A DNA stretch of 64,000 nucleotides from Octopus vulgaris (lineage: Eukaryota). The notes under the pieces are model-generated. The model did not search any database. It was not told where the DNA came from and saw only the letters and a program-made list of their open reading frames with translations. Position numbers and translations under genes: made by a program. Shown here piece by piece: positions 1 through 14,261 of the stretch (position 1 is the stretch's first letter; each line of letters opens with the position of its first letter). The stretch is from NCBI GenBank assembly GCA_951406725.2, contig OX597825.1, positions 25,668,001 through 25,732,000 on the forward strand, written 5' to 3'.

Positions 1-349
1 ATCTGCAACAGCAACTACAACAATAACAGCAACAATAATACTAACTACCGAATCCAACATGGTCACTCGATCTGTTGAAAAATATCCATATTCTGTTCAA
101 GTCACGTCCTGCTGTCCGAGAAAAAAAAACGTACGTTGAATAATCAATTTCGCTAATGTGGCTCTGCAAAGCAATCGACCTTTCCATATTAATGCATGTT
201 CGTGTTAATACCACGTAATCATTTAGACCGTTGCCGATCTGTTTGATTTCCATGATGCCGAATATTGTGACAGTGGCAACATCCATGTGTAGCGACATGG
301 CTTTCCTGTATGTCAGTTTGTGATAACGTTGACAGCATCAACAGCCCCA

Positions 350-540
350 GTGGAGGCGCAATGGACCCAGTGGTTAGGGCAGCGGATTCGCGGTCGTAAG
401 AACGCGGTTTCGATTCCCAGACCGGGCATTGTAAGTGTTTATTGAGTAAAACACCTAAGCTTCGCGAGGTTCCGGCGGAGTGGTGATGGTGAACCCCGCT
501 GTACTCTTTCACCACAACTTTCTTTCACTCTTTCTTCCTA
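350..540 (+). mobile_element. tRNA-derived SINE family A, 3'-truncated
   Basis: GTGGAGGCGCAATGG head with pol III A-box-like TGG..CAGTGG and B-box GGTTTCGATTCCC; body matches the full copy at 9662-10044. Confidence 0.85.
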
Positions 541-703
541 CTTCAACAACAAAACAGAGGAACCATGGTGTAACCCACTATGGTGTGGTAGACTTTCAGA
601 CCCTAGTCTAGATCGCGAATCCTCTATTCCCCAGGATGGTTCAGCTCTCCATCCGTTAAAAGCCACCGTTTATATATATATGTACGTATGTATGTATGTA
701 TAT

Positions 704-914
704 GTTTGTGTGCCTGTGTTTGTTCCCCCAACATTGCTTGGCAACCGATGCTGGTTTGTTTACGTCCCCGTTATTTAGCGGTTCGGCAAGAGAAATGATA
801 GAATAAATACTAGGCTTACAAAGATTAAATCCTGGGAGTCGATTTGCTCGACCGAAAGGCGATGCTCCAGCATGGCCGCAGTCAAATTACTGAAACAAAT
901 ACAAGAAAAGAAAG
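704..914 (+). mobile_element. SINE family B, 3' half
   Basis: Matches the family B post-microsatellite body and tail GGCGATGCTCCAGCATGGCCGCAGTCAAAT..TGAAACAA. Confidence 0.8.
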
Positions 915-1466
915 CGCTATCAAGGTAGAATTAGAATCCATAGATGACACCGGTTCAAGTGTCACGTGACTTACTAATTTAGTTCTTCTTAGTGATGACG
1001 CCAAAATACGAAGAAGTTACTACAAGTGATTGGTGTCAATTATCTCCATCAGCTAATAAATTCATTTAGTATTGTTATCATTTGTATGTTTTAATAATGT
1101 ATGTTTGTTCCTTTGTTTAGTATAATGAATAGTTTAATGTCTATATTAGCTTCGATAAATTGGTCGTCCACTACCTTATTATATGAATGATATTTACTAG
1201 ACAGGCAATTACCTATAGTCTGTTTTAAGCGGTACTGTTTTCTCAAAATGCCATAAGGTCGCAACATTGTGGTGACGCAGTATATTAATATGTATGATCG
1301 CCCCTCTCCCCAGCGAATGACTGGTGATAATTTCTCGAGGCCTGAAGGATGAAATGTGAAGTCGGTTTGGCTAGGCTGAGAATAGAATTCACAATCTGAG
1401 TGACAGAGGTGCAACAGCCACCCATTGAGATGTAGATTGTCTGTGTATCTGTCCCCCCTACCCCTC

Positions 1467-1510
<44 letters not shown>

Positions 1511-1513
<3 letters not shown>

Positions 1514-1702
1514 TTTTAGTCTTTTATTGTTTCATCATTTTACTGCGGCCATGCTGGAGCACCGCCTTTTGGTCGAGCAAATCGATCCCCAGGACTTATT
1601 CTTTGTAACCCTAGTACTTATTCTATCGGTCTCTTTTGCCGAACTGCTAAGTTACGGGGACGTAAACATACCAGCATTGGTTGTCAAGCGATGTTGGGGG
1701 GA

Positions 1703-1764
<62 letters not shown>

Positions 1765-1956
1765 TACATATATATATATATATACATATATACGACGGGC
1801 TTCTTTCAGTTTCCGTCTACCAAATCCACTCAAAAGGCTTTGGTCGGCCCGAGGCTATAGTAGAAGACACTTGCTCAAGGTGCCACGCAGTGAGACTTAA
1901 CCCGTAACCATATAGTTGGTAAGCAAGCTTCTTACCACACAGCCACTTCTGCGCCT
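1511..1956 (-). mobile_element. SINE family B, full length (tRNA head, CORE-like segment, internal microsatellite, CR1-like tail)
   Basis: Minus strand GGCGCAGAAGTGGCTGTGTGGTAAG head, GGCACCTTGAGCAAGTGTCTT (CORE-like), (TA)/(TG) tract, tail ending TGAAACAATAAAAGA; about 10 related copies in the window. Confidence 0.88.
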
Positions 1957-2043
1957 ATATATAGAATAATCGAACATTAATCACAATAACAAGAGGACCT
2001 GTACATGGAATGTATTAGTTTGACGCTCGACGAAAAAAAAGGG

Positions 2044-2079
2044 TTTTTGACATTTCGAGCAAAGCTCTTAGTCAGGAAG
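2044..2079 (-). ncRNA. Degenerate minimal type I hammerhead motif in a PLE-like remnant (about 1960-2140)
   Basis: Minus strand CUGACUA-A-GAGC UUU GCUC-GAAA-UG-UC; G8 mutated; resembles the intact motif at 37478. Confidence 0.5.
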
Positions 2080-2139
2080 GAAAACGGATATGTCCAGAGA
2101 AGGAAAAATATCACCAACAGTACGTGTGTAGCTACATAG

Positions 2140-2400
2140 CTCTCGGTCATGACGACGATTGTTCCAGTTGATCCGAGCAACTGAACAGCCTTTTCGTGAA
2201 GTTAACGTACAGGTAGCTGAGTACTCCATAGACAAGCACACCCTTAGCGTAGTTCTCAGAGAGAGTCAGTGCGACTCTCTTCAATAACGGGTGCAACTCA
2301 ATTTTGCCAGCCAAGTGAATTGGAGTAACCTGAAATAAAGAATCTTGCTCGAAGACAGAACACCCTGCTAGGGACCGAATTTTGCAACCATGTGCTTTCA
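2140..2400 (-). mobile_element. Old chimeric SINE (D-type core plus A-type tail)
   Basis: 2140-2285 aligns by eye to the family A tail (9662-9840); 2300-2395 to the family D core/head. Confidence 0.65.
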
Positions 2401-3266
2401 AACACACACTCCCACACACAACTCTCTCACTCACACACACACACTCAAACACTCGTACACACACACACAAACACACATACATACATGTACAAGGATAATT
2501 GAGTGTTTATTTCAGGAAAAAATTTTAAATTAAAATTTTCTTAAAGATTCGTAATTTTTATTTGTTTACGTGGATTAAAAAAAGACCTGTAAACAGTTTA
2601 AAATTAAACAATTGGAGTGAGGAGGGGGAAATTTACAATTTTGAAAACGTGATTTTTCGACTAAATTTTAATCTCCTATATAGAAAACACAGGAATCCCA
2701 ACAAATGTTTGAAAAAAAAAGGCGGTGGTTAGAAATTACTTCCGACATGCTAGAAACAACATGTACTCGACACGATTTCGGAAACAAAATTCTTTTTAAG
2801 TTAGTATCGAAAATCAGGTTTTACACAGTACGCTCATCAAAAATACGAATTATGAAATAAAAATAGGTCATTTCCATTGGAGTTGAGCTGTAATTTTGCT
2901 CGTGCACACAGCAACAAATAACATAATTCGTACTGGAGTTTCACCTACAGTCTCTGTGTTTGCGTGCGTGCGTGTTCGTGTGCAAAAGAAGTTATATTTA
3001 CATACCTTTCTTCACTCCAAACGAAGACAATCTTGAACAATACTTCCAAATTTTGACTTCACCCATGATTGTTAAGCCACCAACAGCTATGTAGGGGTGA
3101 TCGAGCCAGACAAACAGTTATAAAAATGTACACATAAATATTGTATTAAAATAAGCCACAATCAAAAAAATTTCATTTTAAGACATTCGTTTCTCTATAT
3201 GTTATGAGGAAACAGCTAGGGGTTACTTCTGAAGGTATGCCACTTTTGGATGGTTTGTTCCTTCTC

Positions 3267-3547
3267 GAGCCACGCCTAGCTCATTAGGGCCGGTTTCCTT
3301 GGCGTATAGGTTCCCCGCCTGGACGGGACGCCGGTCCGTCGCAGGTGAGCTGCAAGATGGAGAAGGAAGGAGTGAGATAAAGTTGTCGCGAAAGAGTCAG
3401 CAGAAGTTCGCCATTACTTTATACCGGAGCCGCGTGGAGCTTAGGTGTTTCGCTCATAAATACACACATCGCCCGGTCTGAGATTCGAACATGCGATCCC
3501 TCGACCGCGAGTTCGCTGCTCTAAACACTAAGCCATGTGCCTCCACA
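3267..3547 (-). mobile_element. Chimeric SINE (A-type head/body plus D-type tail)
   Basis: Minus strand GTGGAGGCACATGGCTTAGTG head with B-box GTTCGAATC, A-type AAACACCTAAGCTCCACG, D-type tail GACGGACCGGCGTCCCGTCCAG...GGAAACCGGCCC. Confidence 0.75.
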
Positions 3548-4278
3548 CGTTTGGATGGTAAATAAGTCTAAATAAGTTTTTTCCCTTAATTTAGCAGGCT
3601 ACGTCTCACACACTACTTCACTGCTACTGCTGACAGAGTGGCATTATCTCTCTCTTTCAATTTCTCATTATAATATATGGAGACACTATGTTGTCAACAA
3701 CATGTTATAACTTCACTAACTTCATCAACATATTACTAAATCTGGATTTCATTTCATTTTTTACACACCTTCTATCAGTTATGTAAATAATTACAATCAT
3801 GGTCTGTAAAGATAACTTATTTTAATACAATATTTATGTGTACATTTTTATACATGTTTCTCCAGCGCATCAACCCTACAAATATGCGCACACGGTTTCT
3901 TCACGGCTTCATAATCAAGGCTGAAATTTCTTTTTTTCTAGGTAATCAGCGCAGAAGATCTTTAAGAATTTTCTTCCCCTTTTCTTAAAGAAACACTAAA
4001 ATCTCGTTCCTCAACATCCACCAATCATCTCAGCACTTTAAAAAAGCAACAAAATCCCAATATTTCACTTTTAGCTTTTTTGAAAAGAGAAGTTTCTTCA
4101 GAAGTAATGTCGTTTACCTGTTGTTGCTAGCCTTTCGGGTTTTCTGGTTGTGCGCTGATATTTTTTACGTCTGCTATTTCAGTACAATTCTAGGCATGCG
4201 TAAAATATCAGACGACAGCGAAACATTGGGAGTTTGTAACGATTCTGCTCATAAGAAAGGAACAAATAATATAATGTG

Positions 4279-4470
4279 GCACGCTGGGCGAAATGTTTAG
4301 CGGTATTTCGTCTGTCCTTACCTTCTGTGTTCAAATTCCGCCGAGGTCGACTTTGCCTTTTACCTTTTCGAGGTCGCTAAAATTAAGTACCAGTTGCGTA
4401 CTGGGGTCGATCTAATCGACTGGTTCCTTCTCCAAAATGTTTCGGGCCTTGTACCTAGTGCAGAAAAGAA
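4279..4470 (+). mobile_element. SINE family C
   Basis: GTTCAAATTCC B-box, then GCCGAGGTCGACTTTGCCTTT..CCTTT..GGTCG.TAAAATTAAGTACCAG; shared with 34694 and 51798. Confidence 0.8.
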
Positions 4471-4503
4471 ATGTATATATATATATATATGTATATATAT
4501 ATG

Positions 4504-4551
<48 letters not shown>

Positions 4552-4572
4552 TATATGTATATATATATATGC

Positions 4573-4665
<93 letters not shown>

Positions 4666-4711
4666 CATATACATATATACATATATACATACAATGTATA
4701 TATATACACAC

Positions 4712-4748
<37 letters not shown>

Positions 4749-4762
4749 CACACAATATATAT

Positions 4763-4821
<59 letters not shown>
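4471..4821. repeat. (TA)n/(TATG)n compound microsatellite
   Basis: Direct inspection. Confidence 0.95.
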
Positions 4822-4825
<4 letters not shown>

Positions 4826-6399
4826 ATTAATCTGTTATGGAATCTTTTTATGTCTCTACGACTACTGTTCTCCAAAACAGCCAATTTTCTCGATTTTGTT
4901 TTTGATTTTTTTCATTTCCAACATCTAGACACGATTACACATTTGACAAAACGAGACCAGTTGATCAAATCGACCGCACCATTTGACCAGTATTTACTTT
5001 ATTGATTGAAAGAGGAGAAAAAGAAAAAAGAAATATCGACCAGGGCGTGATTTGAAGAGAGTTAGTGTTAGAGTCGTTAGAGCGTCGATCAAAATATATT
5101 GTGGTATTTAGTTACGTCTCCTTAAGGTCTGAGCTCAAATACAATAATTGAGATCGATTTTTGCCTTTCATCATTCTGCTGTCAATAAAATAAGTAACCA
5201 GTTATGTCACAGACTTGATTTAATCGATTACAACGTCCGCACCGAAATCCTTGAACTGTAAAGAAGTATAGGTTTGTTGTGCTATTTTGCGGTTTTCGTT
5301 TCTCAATGGCTGATTACATCTGGTACTATTTTCTGAACGTTGGCGTTCTTTCAAATGATGGGTTAGTTACATTTCGAATTAAAGCTGGCGTTTCGGAGTG
5401 AGATTTTCAGGATTGTTATATTCTTTATTGGGGGTATTCTATAGACGCTAATTGCACTGCTCTGTAGGCGTTTTCTGGACAGATTTAGTTGTAATAATGC
5501 CTGGTGTTACACACATTAATAGCTTGCTATTACTGTCGTCGTATGATCATCCAATAAGGCGGGGAATTATTTTCTGTACAATTTGGTGTGTAATCATATT
5601 AAGTTGACAACGTACGTTTTTGAAACGAAATTTGTATATTATATTAATTATCTGTTGATTGTTCACGTGTTGTAGCCTAACGCTGATTTGTATTTATTGT
5701 TGAAAATTTGCTTAATTTTGAAGCCATTTTGACATTTTAATTTCTTACTAATATTACTTAACATACGACTATCTAGTGTTGTATATTGGATTTCAGTTCA
5801 CGAGGAATTTCATGGTAAATCATAACGATATATATAAATACGTACGCACATACATACATACATACATACATACATACATACATACATACATACATACATA
5901 CATACATACATACATGCACACGCATACATAAAATTTATCGTTTAAGTATATATGAGCATGTCTAGATATGCAAGTGTATGTATGAGAAGACATACATAAA
6001 ACAAAACGTACAACTCTGCACGTATACATACATACATACATACATACATACATACATACATACATACATACATACATACATACGAAAATACCCTGTTGAT
6101 GTTGAAATTCTAATGAAAGAGCCTTCGATTTAGGTTAAAGACTGGCTCCTTCTTTATTGGCAAGAGATCTTGAAATAAAACTGAAAAATGACATACATAC
6201 ATAAATAAATACATGTGTGCGTGTATGTGTGTATATGTGTGTGTATGTGTATGTCGTAAGGTAGGTGTTGTAAAGTGTCTTAAAATATATTTCAAAGCGA
6301 CTGAACGTTATCTCATATAGAAGTGAGAACGTTGGGTTGAGTGTATAGATTTGTTTATTATATAAAAAGTTGATAGACCACTCAGAGTTTTACAATTGG

Positions 6400-6522
6400 C
6401 GGCCCTCTACCTGAAACTGCCCGCGATATCAACGAAACGTTTGGTGAGGAAATGACCAGTGAGTGGTCAGCACGAAAATGGTTGAAATGATTTCGTAGAG
6501 GAGGCCTGAGCCTTGAAGATCG
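6400..6522 (+). pseudogene. mariner transposase N-terminal HTH fragment
   Basis: Reads ETARDINETFGEEMTSEWSARKWLK*FRRGGLSLED, matching the mariner pattern (TARNIN..FG....V..WF..FR.G...LED). Confidence 0.65.
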
Positions 6523-7431
6523 TGATTTTGCATTTCGGTTATGTATGTATCATGAAGCTAGAAAGACAGAAGAGTTAGTGTATGAATAAAAACCGATAGA
6601 AAAACAAAGAAACTGAAAAAAAAGTGGTTGTGAGAGGCAGTTTCGTATGAAGGTATAAGTTTAAGAAGAAGCCACAACCTAAGGCCTCACAAATCCCAAG
6701 CATCGTGGAACAATTCAAAATCATATCTATTTCAAATTCTTAAGAGAGCCTCGGTGAAAAAGAAATTTATACGGAACTGTGAGGCTTTATATAGCTCAGT
6801 GCATCGTGTCTAAATTCGGAGATGGTGCGGAATAGAAAGACAGTACAATATTCTATCACTTGACCTGCAAAAATTTAACCTGCATTAATTTTCCGCAAAT
6901 ACATGGGTGGCAATTTTATCGCTTGGTTATCTGATTTCAAGGTAAATACAAGACGAGGCAGTACCTGGACGATAAATTGAGCATGATGTCAAATATTTGA
7001 TTGGCAAAATCATCGTCCTGTTTTTGGTCCACAGAGTAAGTATAGCATTATTTAAAGACGAAAACGTACATTTTATCATTTGTAAAGCCTTAGAAATCTC
7101 GAAAATGGGAACAATGAAAGTTATAATCAGAAGGAAGGAAACAAAGTTAAAATTTAAAAAAATATATATATAAGGCTGGTGCAGAAATTCCACATTGTAA
7201 AAGAGATGCACAAAGACAGTGCACCTAGAATTCAACGCATTGACAATGGATATAAAAATTGTGGTAACTAGATAATTTAAGAGGCGCTTCTCATAATTTC
7301 TAGAATGTTTTTTTTTCTTTCCTCAATTTGAAATAATGTTAGCTCTTCACTGCATTTTTGTGATTCTATTTTCAAAATCAAAATCAACATTTCCTTGTTT
7401 TTCTTCTTTTTCACATACATACATACATACA

Positions 7432-7463
<32 letters not shown>

Positions 7464-7831
7464 CAAATTTGATATTAATAACGTTTTGTCTCTGAATCTT
7501 CTCCTTTGAATTGTTAATAAAATGCCACGTAATTTCCCCGCAAAATCAACTTCAATTATTTAGTGATATATGTACTATGCGAATAAAAAGTACGTCGCTG
7601 AAACTGTCGAAGATGTATTTATCATATTAATTAATTGATTCCATATGCAATTACAGTACGATGAAATCACCGGCGATGTAATTATCTCATTTTGATTTCA
7701 CTACTTTCATTTCTTCCTCTCACTCTCTCCCTCTTCCGCTAGTTTTCATCTCTTTCTCTCCGTCTCTGTCCTATCCCTTCTACCCTCTTTCATAAAAACA
7801 CCTAGTTATATACATACCGTTTAATGTTTAA

Positions 7832-8120
7832 GTGGAGGCGCGTGGCTTAGTGGTTAGGGTAGTCGTTCTATCCTTGAGCAAGACATGTTATTGCACGTTG
7901 CTTTACTCCACGCAGCTGGCAAAAATGAGCAGTTACCTGTATTTCAAAGGGTCCAACTTGTCACATTCTGAGTCAAGCTGAATCTCCCTCCCTAAGAACT
8001 ACTTAAAGTGTAAGCTTGTCTATGCAGTGTTCAGCGACTTCCACCTTAATTCCATTTATAAGCTCTTCCCTTGATCGGATCAACTGAAACCCTCATCTTT
8101 GGCCGGTGGAATGCCAGTTG
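7832..8120 (+). mobile_element. Chimeric SINE (D head/core plus A tail), internally deleted
   Basis: GTGGAGGCGCGTGGCTTAGTGGTTAGGG, CTTGAGCAAGACA core, then CCTGTATTTCAAAGGG A-type tail. Confidence 0.7.
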
Positions 8121-8487
8121 ATATTTAATAATGTTTCAGTTAAAATTTTCCAAAACAAATCGAATTATTCCAACTTTTCTAGTTCCGAGGCGAGAACATT
8201 TTTACCAAGTAAAGTAGAAACTGTTTGTTTGGAACTTCCTTATACTTAATTGCTGAGCGCATCAACCACAGCATTCCTCGCAAAGAAGCTGTTTAATGTG
8301 TGCATTTAATGTAAATTACCTCATTCAATTATTAAGACAGCAATCCAAATTTTGAGAAATATTATGCTGTTAATTTTAGTAGCTCAGAGGTACGGTTCAT
8401 CGTTGTAAATACTAGTGTCTCTATATAATTCGTTTGAAATCTTGGCAAAACAGTTGAAATTTCAGGTGTGGGTGTAAGTAGATTATA

Positions 8488-8641
8488 TTGATTATGTCTG
8501 GTATATCGTATATGTCTGGTACTTATTTTATCGATCCCAAAAGGAGGAAAGGCAAAGTTGACTTTGGCGGAATTAGAACTCAGAATGTAAAAATGGACGA
8601 AATGTCGCTAGTATTTTGCCTGGCGTGTTAACAATTCTGCT
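8488..8641 (-). mobile_element. SINE family C fragment
   Basis: GGTACTTATTTTATCGATCCCAAAAGG..AAAGGCAAAGTTGACTTTGGCGGAATT is the reverse complement of the family C core. Confidence 0.75.
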
Positions 8642-9034
8642 ATCTTTCCTAACTGCCTCTCTCTAACTGATGTGTTCAGGACATAACTGGTGTTCAGGAC
8701 ATAACTTCATTTTTTTTACTGTATAGATCTCACACAAAGTAGTGGATGTTCTGCAAAACAGTTCCGAATAGAAGTACCTTGAATCTAGGAAAAAGTGAAG
8801 TGGTGATGGAAAAGTCTATCAAGCTTTGGTGTGTTTAATTCAATTAAGCTGCAAATAACTTTGGAGCACTCATTCATATTATGGTTGCATAATGAATTTG
8901 AAGCTTATCCTGAAGCGTATAAATACATAATAGATATCCCAACCGCAGCAGTTACAATAACAATAGCAATATTAATAGAAACAATGGTAATAACAAAATA
9001 AGATTTAAATAAACTATGCGGTATTCTATGCTTT

Positions 9035-9385
9035 AGGCTCAAGCGTGGCTGTATTGTTAGAAGGTACTTTGGGCAATTGTCTTCTACTAAAGCTTCGGGC
9101 CTACTAAAGCCTTGTCAGTGTATTTGGTAGACGGAAACTGAAAGAAGCCTGTTGTATACATACATATATTTGTGCATATATGTGTGTGTATCTTTGCCCC
9201 TGACCATCACTTGGCAACCGGTGTTTTTGTGCTTATATCCCGGTCGGCAAAAAAGATTGGTAGAATAAGTTCCAGGCTTTAAAAAAAACGAGTACTGGAG
9301 TCGATTCGTTTGACTACAATTCTTCAAGCCGGTGCCCCAGCATGACCGCAGTTTAGTGACTGAAACAATTAAAAGATAAAAGAAA
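9035..9385 (+). mobile_element. SINE family B, diverged
   Basis: Head, core TTGGGCAATTGTCTTCTACTA, and tail GGTGCCCCAGCATGACCGCAG..TGAAACAA. Confidence 0.75.
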
Positions 9386-9415
9386 AAAAATCATGACGTA
9401 AGATATAAAATATAT

Positions 9416-9653
9416 TAAAGCCTAGCCAGGCTCATGGGCCCGGTTTCCTGGTTTCTATGGCGTATGTGCTCCGTAGCTGGACGGGACGCCAGTCCATCGG
9501 AGCGTTACTCATTTCCGCCAGCTGAATGGATTGGAGCAACGTGAAATGAAGTGTTTTGCTCAAGAACACAGCGCATCGCCCGGTCCAGGAATCGAAACCA
9601 CAATCTTGCGATCATGATGCTCACACCCTAACTACTAAACCACGCGCCTCCAC
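9416..9653 (-). mobile_element. SINE family D, full length
   Basis: Reverse complement of the copies at 16514-17012; tRNA-like head with B-box GGTTTCGATTCC. Confidence 0.85.
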
Positions 9654-9661
9654 ATAAAATA

Positions 9662-10044
9662 TGGAAGCACTCCGTCGGTTACGACGATGAGGGTTCTGGT
9701 TGATCCGACCAACGGAACAGCCTGCTCGTGAAATTAACGTGTAAGTGGCTGAGCACTCCACAGACACGTGTACCCTTAACGTAGTTCTCGGGGATATTCA
9801 GCGTGACACAGAGTGACAAGGCCGGCCCTTTGAAATACAGGTACAACAGAAACAGGAAGTAAGAGTGAGAGAAAGTTGTGGTGAAAGAGTACAGCAGGGA
9901 TCACCACCATCTCTGCCGGAGCCTCGTGGAGCTTTTAGGTGTTTTCGCTCAATAAACACTCACAACGCCCGGTCTGGGAATCGAAACCGCGATCCTACGA
10001 CCGCGAGTCCGCTGCCCTAACCACTGGGCCATTGCGCCTCCACT
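9662..10044 (-). mobile_element. SINE family A, full length, with 10-bp TSD
   Basis: Intact head GTGGAGGCGCAATGGCCCAGTGGTTAGGGCAGCGG...GGTTTCGATTCCC; flanked by ACATAAAATA at 9652-9661 and 10045-10054. Confidence 0.9.
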
Positions 10045-10361
10045 ACATAAAATAAATTACTAAGCCGAATGTGTCATTGCTTGCGTTGGATCACAGGCAC
10101 AGTTTAAGAACATTTTCTTTACGTGTCGTCTATGTATCAGCCAAACAAGGTGAATGAGAAACATTGTTCTTATGGCTGACTAAACTTCAATTACACAGAG
10201 TATTATTTTAGCACACCCACTAGCCGCAAAAGCACTGCAGTATCTATAAGCGGATCATCTAGATCTTATATAAAACTATATAATTCAGCGTAGTAGCGGA
10301 AGAAGCTCTTGCTATGCAGTAAAAAAAACACCATTTCTTTCCCATTTTCACTGTATATCTT

Positions 10362-10600
10362 AACTCTTTACTCTTTACTCTTTTACTTGTTTCAGTCATT
10401 TGACTGTGGCCATGCTGGAGCACCGCCTTTAGTCGAGCAAATCGACCCCAGGACTTAATCTTTGGAAGCCTAGTACTTATTCTATCGGTCGCTTTTGCCG
10501 AACCGCTAGATTACGGGGACGTAAACACACCAGCATCGGTTGTAAAGCGATGTTGGGGGGACAAACACAAACACACAAACATACACACACACACACACAC

Positions 10601-10641
<41 letters not shown>

Positions 10642-10648
10642 CACACAA

Positions 10649-10679
<31 letters not shown>

Positions 10680-10849
10680 AATATACGACGGGCTTCTTTC
10701 AGTTTCCGTCTTCCAAATCTACTCACAAGGCTTTGGTCGGCCCGAGGCTATAGTAGAAGACACTTGCCCAAGGTGCCACGCAGTAGGATTGAACCCAGAA
10801 CCATGTGGTTCGTAAGCAAGCTACTTATCACACAACCACTCCTACGTCT
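10362..10849 (-). mobile_element. SINE family B, full length
   Basis: Same head, core, microsatellite and tail as 1511-1956; (TAAAAGAG)-type tail repeats. Confidence 0.88.
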
Positions 10850-11200
10850 AAGTTTACTCTTCTTGCACATTCACTCGATAGACTTATACAAAGTCTGAAA
10901 TACTTTATAAGTTACATTTTATATAGGTGTTGCGCATTATTAGCGAAACATGCCTCTCAAACACTAATTAAGCTGTATCATATATTGTTGGAAGACATGT
11001 CATTAACGATAATTTATCTCTGTTTTTTTTAATAATTATTTTATTATATGGTTAAATGCAACGATTTAATTTGCGTATTTAAAAGATATCAAGTTTTACA
11101 AAACAGCACAGTGACATGATAAAACACAGATCTTCGATTAGTTAGATTTGCGATCCAGAACTGTCGTATCGTGTGATTCATTCGGTAGCCATGACTCTTT

Positions 11201-11510
<310 letters not shown>

Positions 11511-11531
11511 TTATCTATCAATTTTTTTTAT

Positions 11532-11596
<65 letters not shown>

Positions 11597-12254
11597 CATC
11601 TATTTATCTGCCTGTCTCTCTATCTGACTGTCTGTCGCTAACGATAAATAAAAACGATAAGAAATGTAAAGAACAATCACGAATATATATAAATACTTGA
11701 CCATATGACCCTTTCCTCCTCCTTAAAAAGAAAAAAAAAAAAAAACAGAACAAGTAAAACAAAAAAAAAAAAGCAGTAAAAATATCAAAACACAAAACAA
11801 AGCAACAACAAAACAAAACATGCCAATATCCAGAGCTCGGGACAAAACAGTTGCTAAGCAATACATACGTGTATTGTTTAAATCTAATTTTACTGTTTTT
11901 CCTTCTGTAGTATTATTAGCCAGTATTGATAGATGCGTTGCATTCCAAAGTGTCCGTGTTGAAATTTTTCTCTTGCCTATCTTTGCGATTGTAGTTGTTG
12001 ACGTATCGTTTGACTGGTGCCAGCAAGAATAATGGTTTCATCTGATTTGACCGATTTTCCCTGATTTTCTATGATTTTGTCTGATTAAGATAGTTCTCTT
12101 CAAATCATTCTCTGAGACACGCTGCTTCCTATCTATAGAGCTTCTATCCACCATGTATGCATATACAGACACATACATGCAGACATACTTTCATACATTC
12201 ATACAATCACCCATACACAAACGAAAACAGCCACCCATATTCACTAACACTGAT

Positions 12255-12303
12255 GTACGCATGTATGTATGTATGTATGTATGTATGTATGTATGTATGT
12301 ATG

Positions 12304-12334
<31 letters not shown>

Positions 12335-13150
12335 GTAAGTATGCATGTATGTAAGTATGCATGTAAGTATGCATGTATGTAAGTATGTATGTATGTAAGT
12401 ATGTATGTAAGTATGCATGTAAGTATGCATGTATGTAAGTATGTATGTATGTAAGTATGCATGTAAGTATGCATGTATGTAAGTATGTATGTATGTATGT
12501 ATGTATGTATATGTGTATATATGTATGTATATATGCATGCATGTATGTATGTATGTATGTATGTATGTATGTATGTATGTATGTATGTATGTATGTATGT
12601 ATGTATGTATGCATGTATGTAAGTATGTATGTAAGTATGCATGTATGTAAGTATGTATGTATGTAAGTATGTATGTAAGTATGCATGTAAGTATGCATGT
12701 ATGTAAGTATGTATGTATGTAAGTATGTATGTAAGTATGCATGTATGTAAGTATGTATGTATGTAAGTATGCATGTAAGTATGCATGTATGTAAGTATGT
12801 ATGTATGTAAGTATGCATGTATGTATGTATGTATGTATGTATGTATGTATGTATGTATGTATGTATGGATGGATGGATGGATGTATGTACGTATGTATGT
12901 ATTAATGTATGTATTAATGTATGTATGTCGGTATGAATGAATGAATGTATGTATGTATGTAGTTATGAATTTATGTATGTATGCATATATGTGTGTGTAA
13001 GTGTGTGTATGTATGTATGTATGTATGTATGTATGTATGTATATGTATGTATGAATGTGTGTATGTAGGTATGAATGTATGTATATATGTGTGTGTAAGT
13101 ATGTATGTATGCATGCATGTGCGTTTGTATGTATTTATTATGTATGTATG
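12255..13150. repeat. Long (TATG)n/(TAAG/CATG) compound satellite
   Basis: Direct inspection; higher-order units of TATGTAAGTATGCATG. Confidence 0.95.
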
Positions 13151-13209
13151 TTTCTTTCTATCTATGTTTATAAATAGAGCATTGTGTGTGTATACACACA
13201 CACACACAG

Positions 13210-13258
<49 letters not shown>

Positions 13259-13269
13259 CATATATGTAC

Positions 13270-13361
<92 letters not shown>

Positions 13362-13362
<1 letters not shown>

Positions 13363-13720
13363 GTGTTTCAGTCATTAGACTAGTACCATGGTGGGGCATC
13401 GCATTGAAGGGCTTAGGCGAACAAATTGACCCCAATGTTTTTTTTTTAGATTTAGTATTAATTCTTTCTCTTCTTCCCAAACCTTTAAGTTACAGGGACT
13501 TAAACAAGCCAACTCCAATGATCAAGCGGGTGGTGAGTTACAAACACAACGATAATACACACGCATGTATATGTATATATGACTGGCTTCTTTCAGTTTT
13601 TGTCTACCAAAGTCACTCACAAGGCTTTGGTCGGCCCGAGGCTATAGTAGAAAACACTTACCTAAAGAGCCAGGAAGTAGGACTGAACTCGGAATCATGT
13701 AGGAAGCGCAACGCCTGCGT
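13362..13720 (-). mobile_element. SINE family B, diverged
   Basis: CACTCACAAGGCTTTGGTCGGCCCGAGGCTATAGTAGAA core and a diverged tail. Confidence 0.75.
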
Positions 13721-14261
13721 CTCTCTCTCTCTCTCTCTCAATGTATCTGTCTGTCTGTCTGTCTGTCTGTCTCTATCTACATGTGGATGCAGGAGCTCTA
13801 GATGTATTAAGCACACATATATATGTAACTATGTTTATGTATGTAACCTGTATGCGTAAATCTGTATGTGGATACGTCAAAATATAAAGAAATATTTATT
13901 CATTTCAACATTGGGACATTCGCACACAGAGAGACATTCAAATACGAAAGCATACATGTTTGGCTACATCATCTGACAGGAAATCAAGACCATTTAATTC
14001 CAAGATATATTTATATTTAACAACGGATGAAGTCCTTCTTGAGTGACACATTTTCCCATTAGAGTCAATACAGAATTACATATAGAATGTATGGAATTTT
14101 GATACTGTCGGGTGACTTCTGGCCAACCCTGTATATATTGATGAAAGGATCAAAGGTCCTTCTCGAATCACAGTCTCATGTTGCCGGTTACCCGGATTCT
14201 ATGGACAAGACGACGATACGTCGCGGGATTACTCATTTCTGCGAGCTGAGCGGACTGCAGC

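Noticed and set aside
4360-4928. Many long ORFs rich in YI/HT/VC/LSIY (here and throughout)
   Set aside because: Translations of stop-free microsatellites
5230-5720. Possible PLE GIY-YIG relic on minus strand (NIIYKF)
   Set aside because: Single short motif with no supporting YIG or RT motifs
9960-10044. tRNA-like sequences (also 351, 16514, 25217)
   Set aside because: SINE heads with A/B boxes but no complete cloverleaf, continuing into repeat bodies
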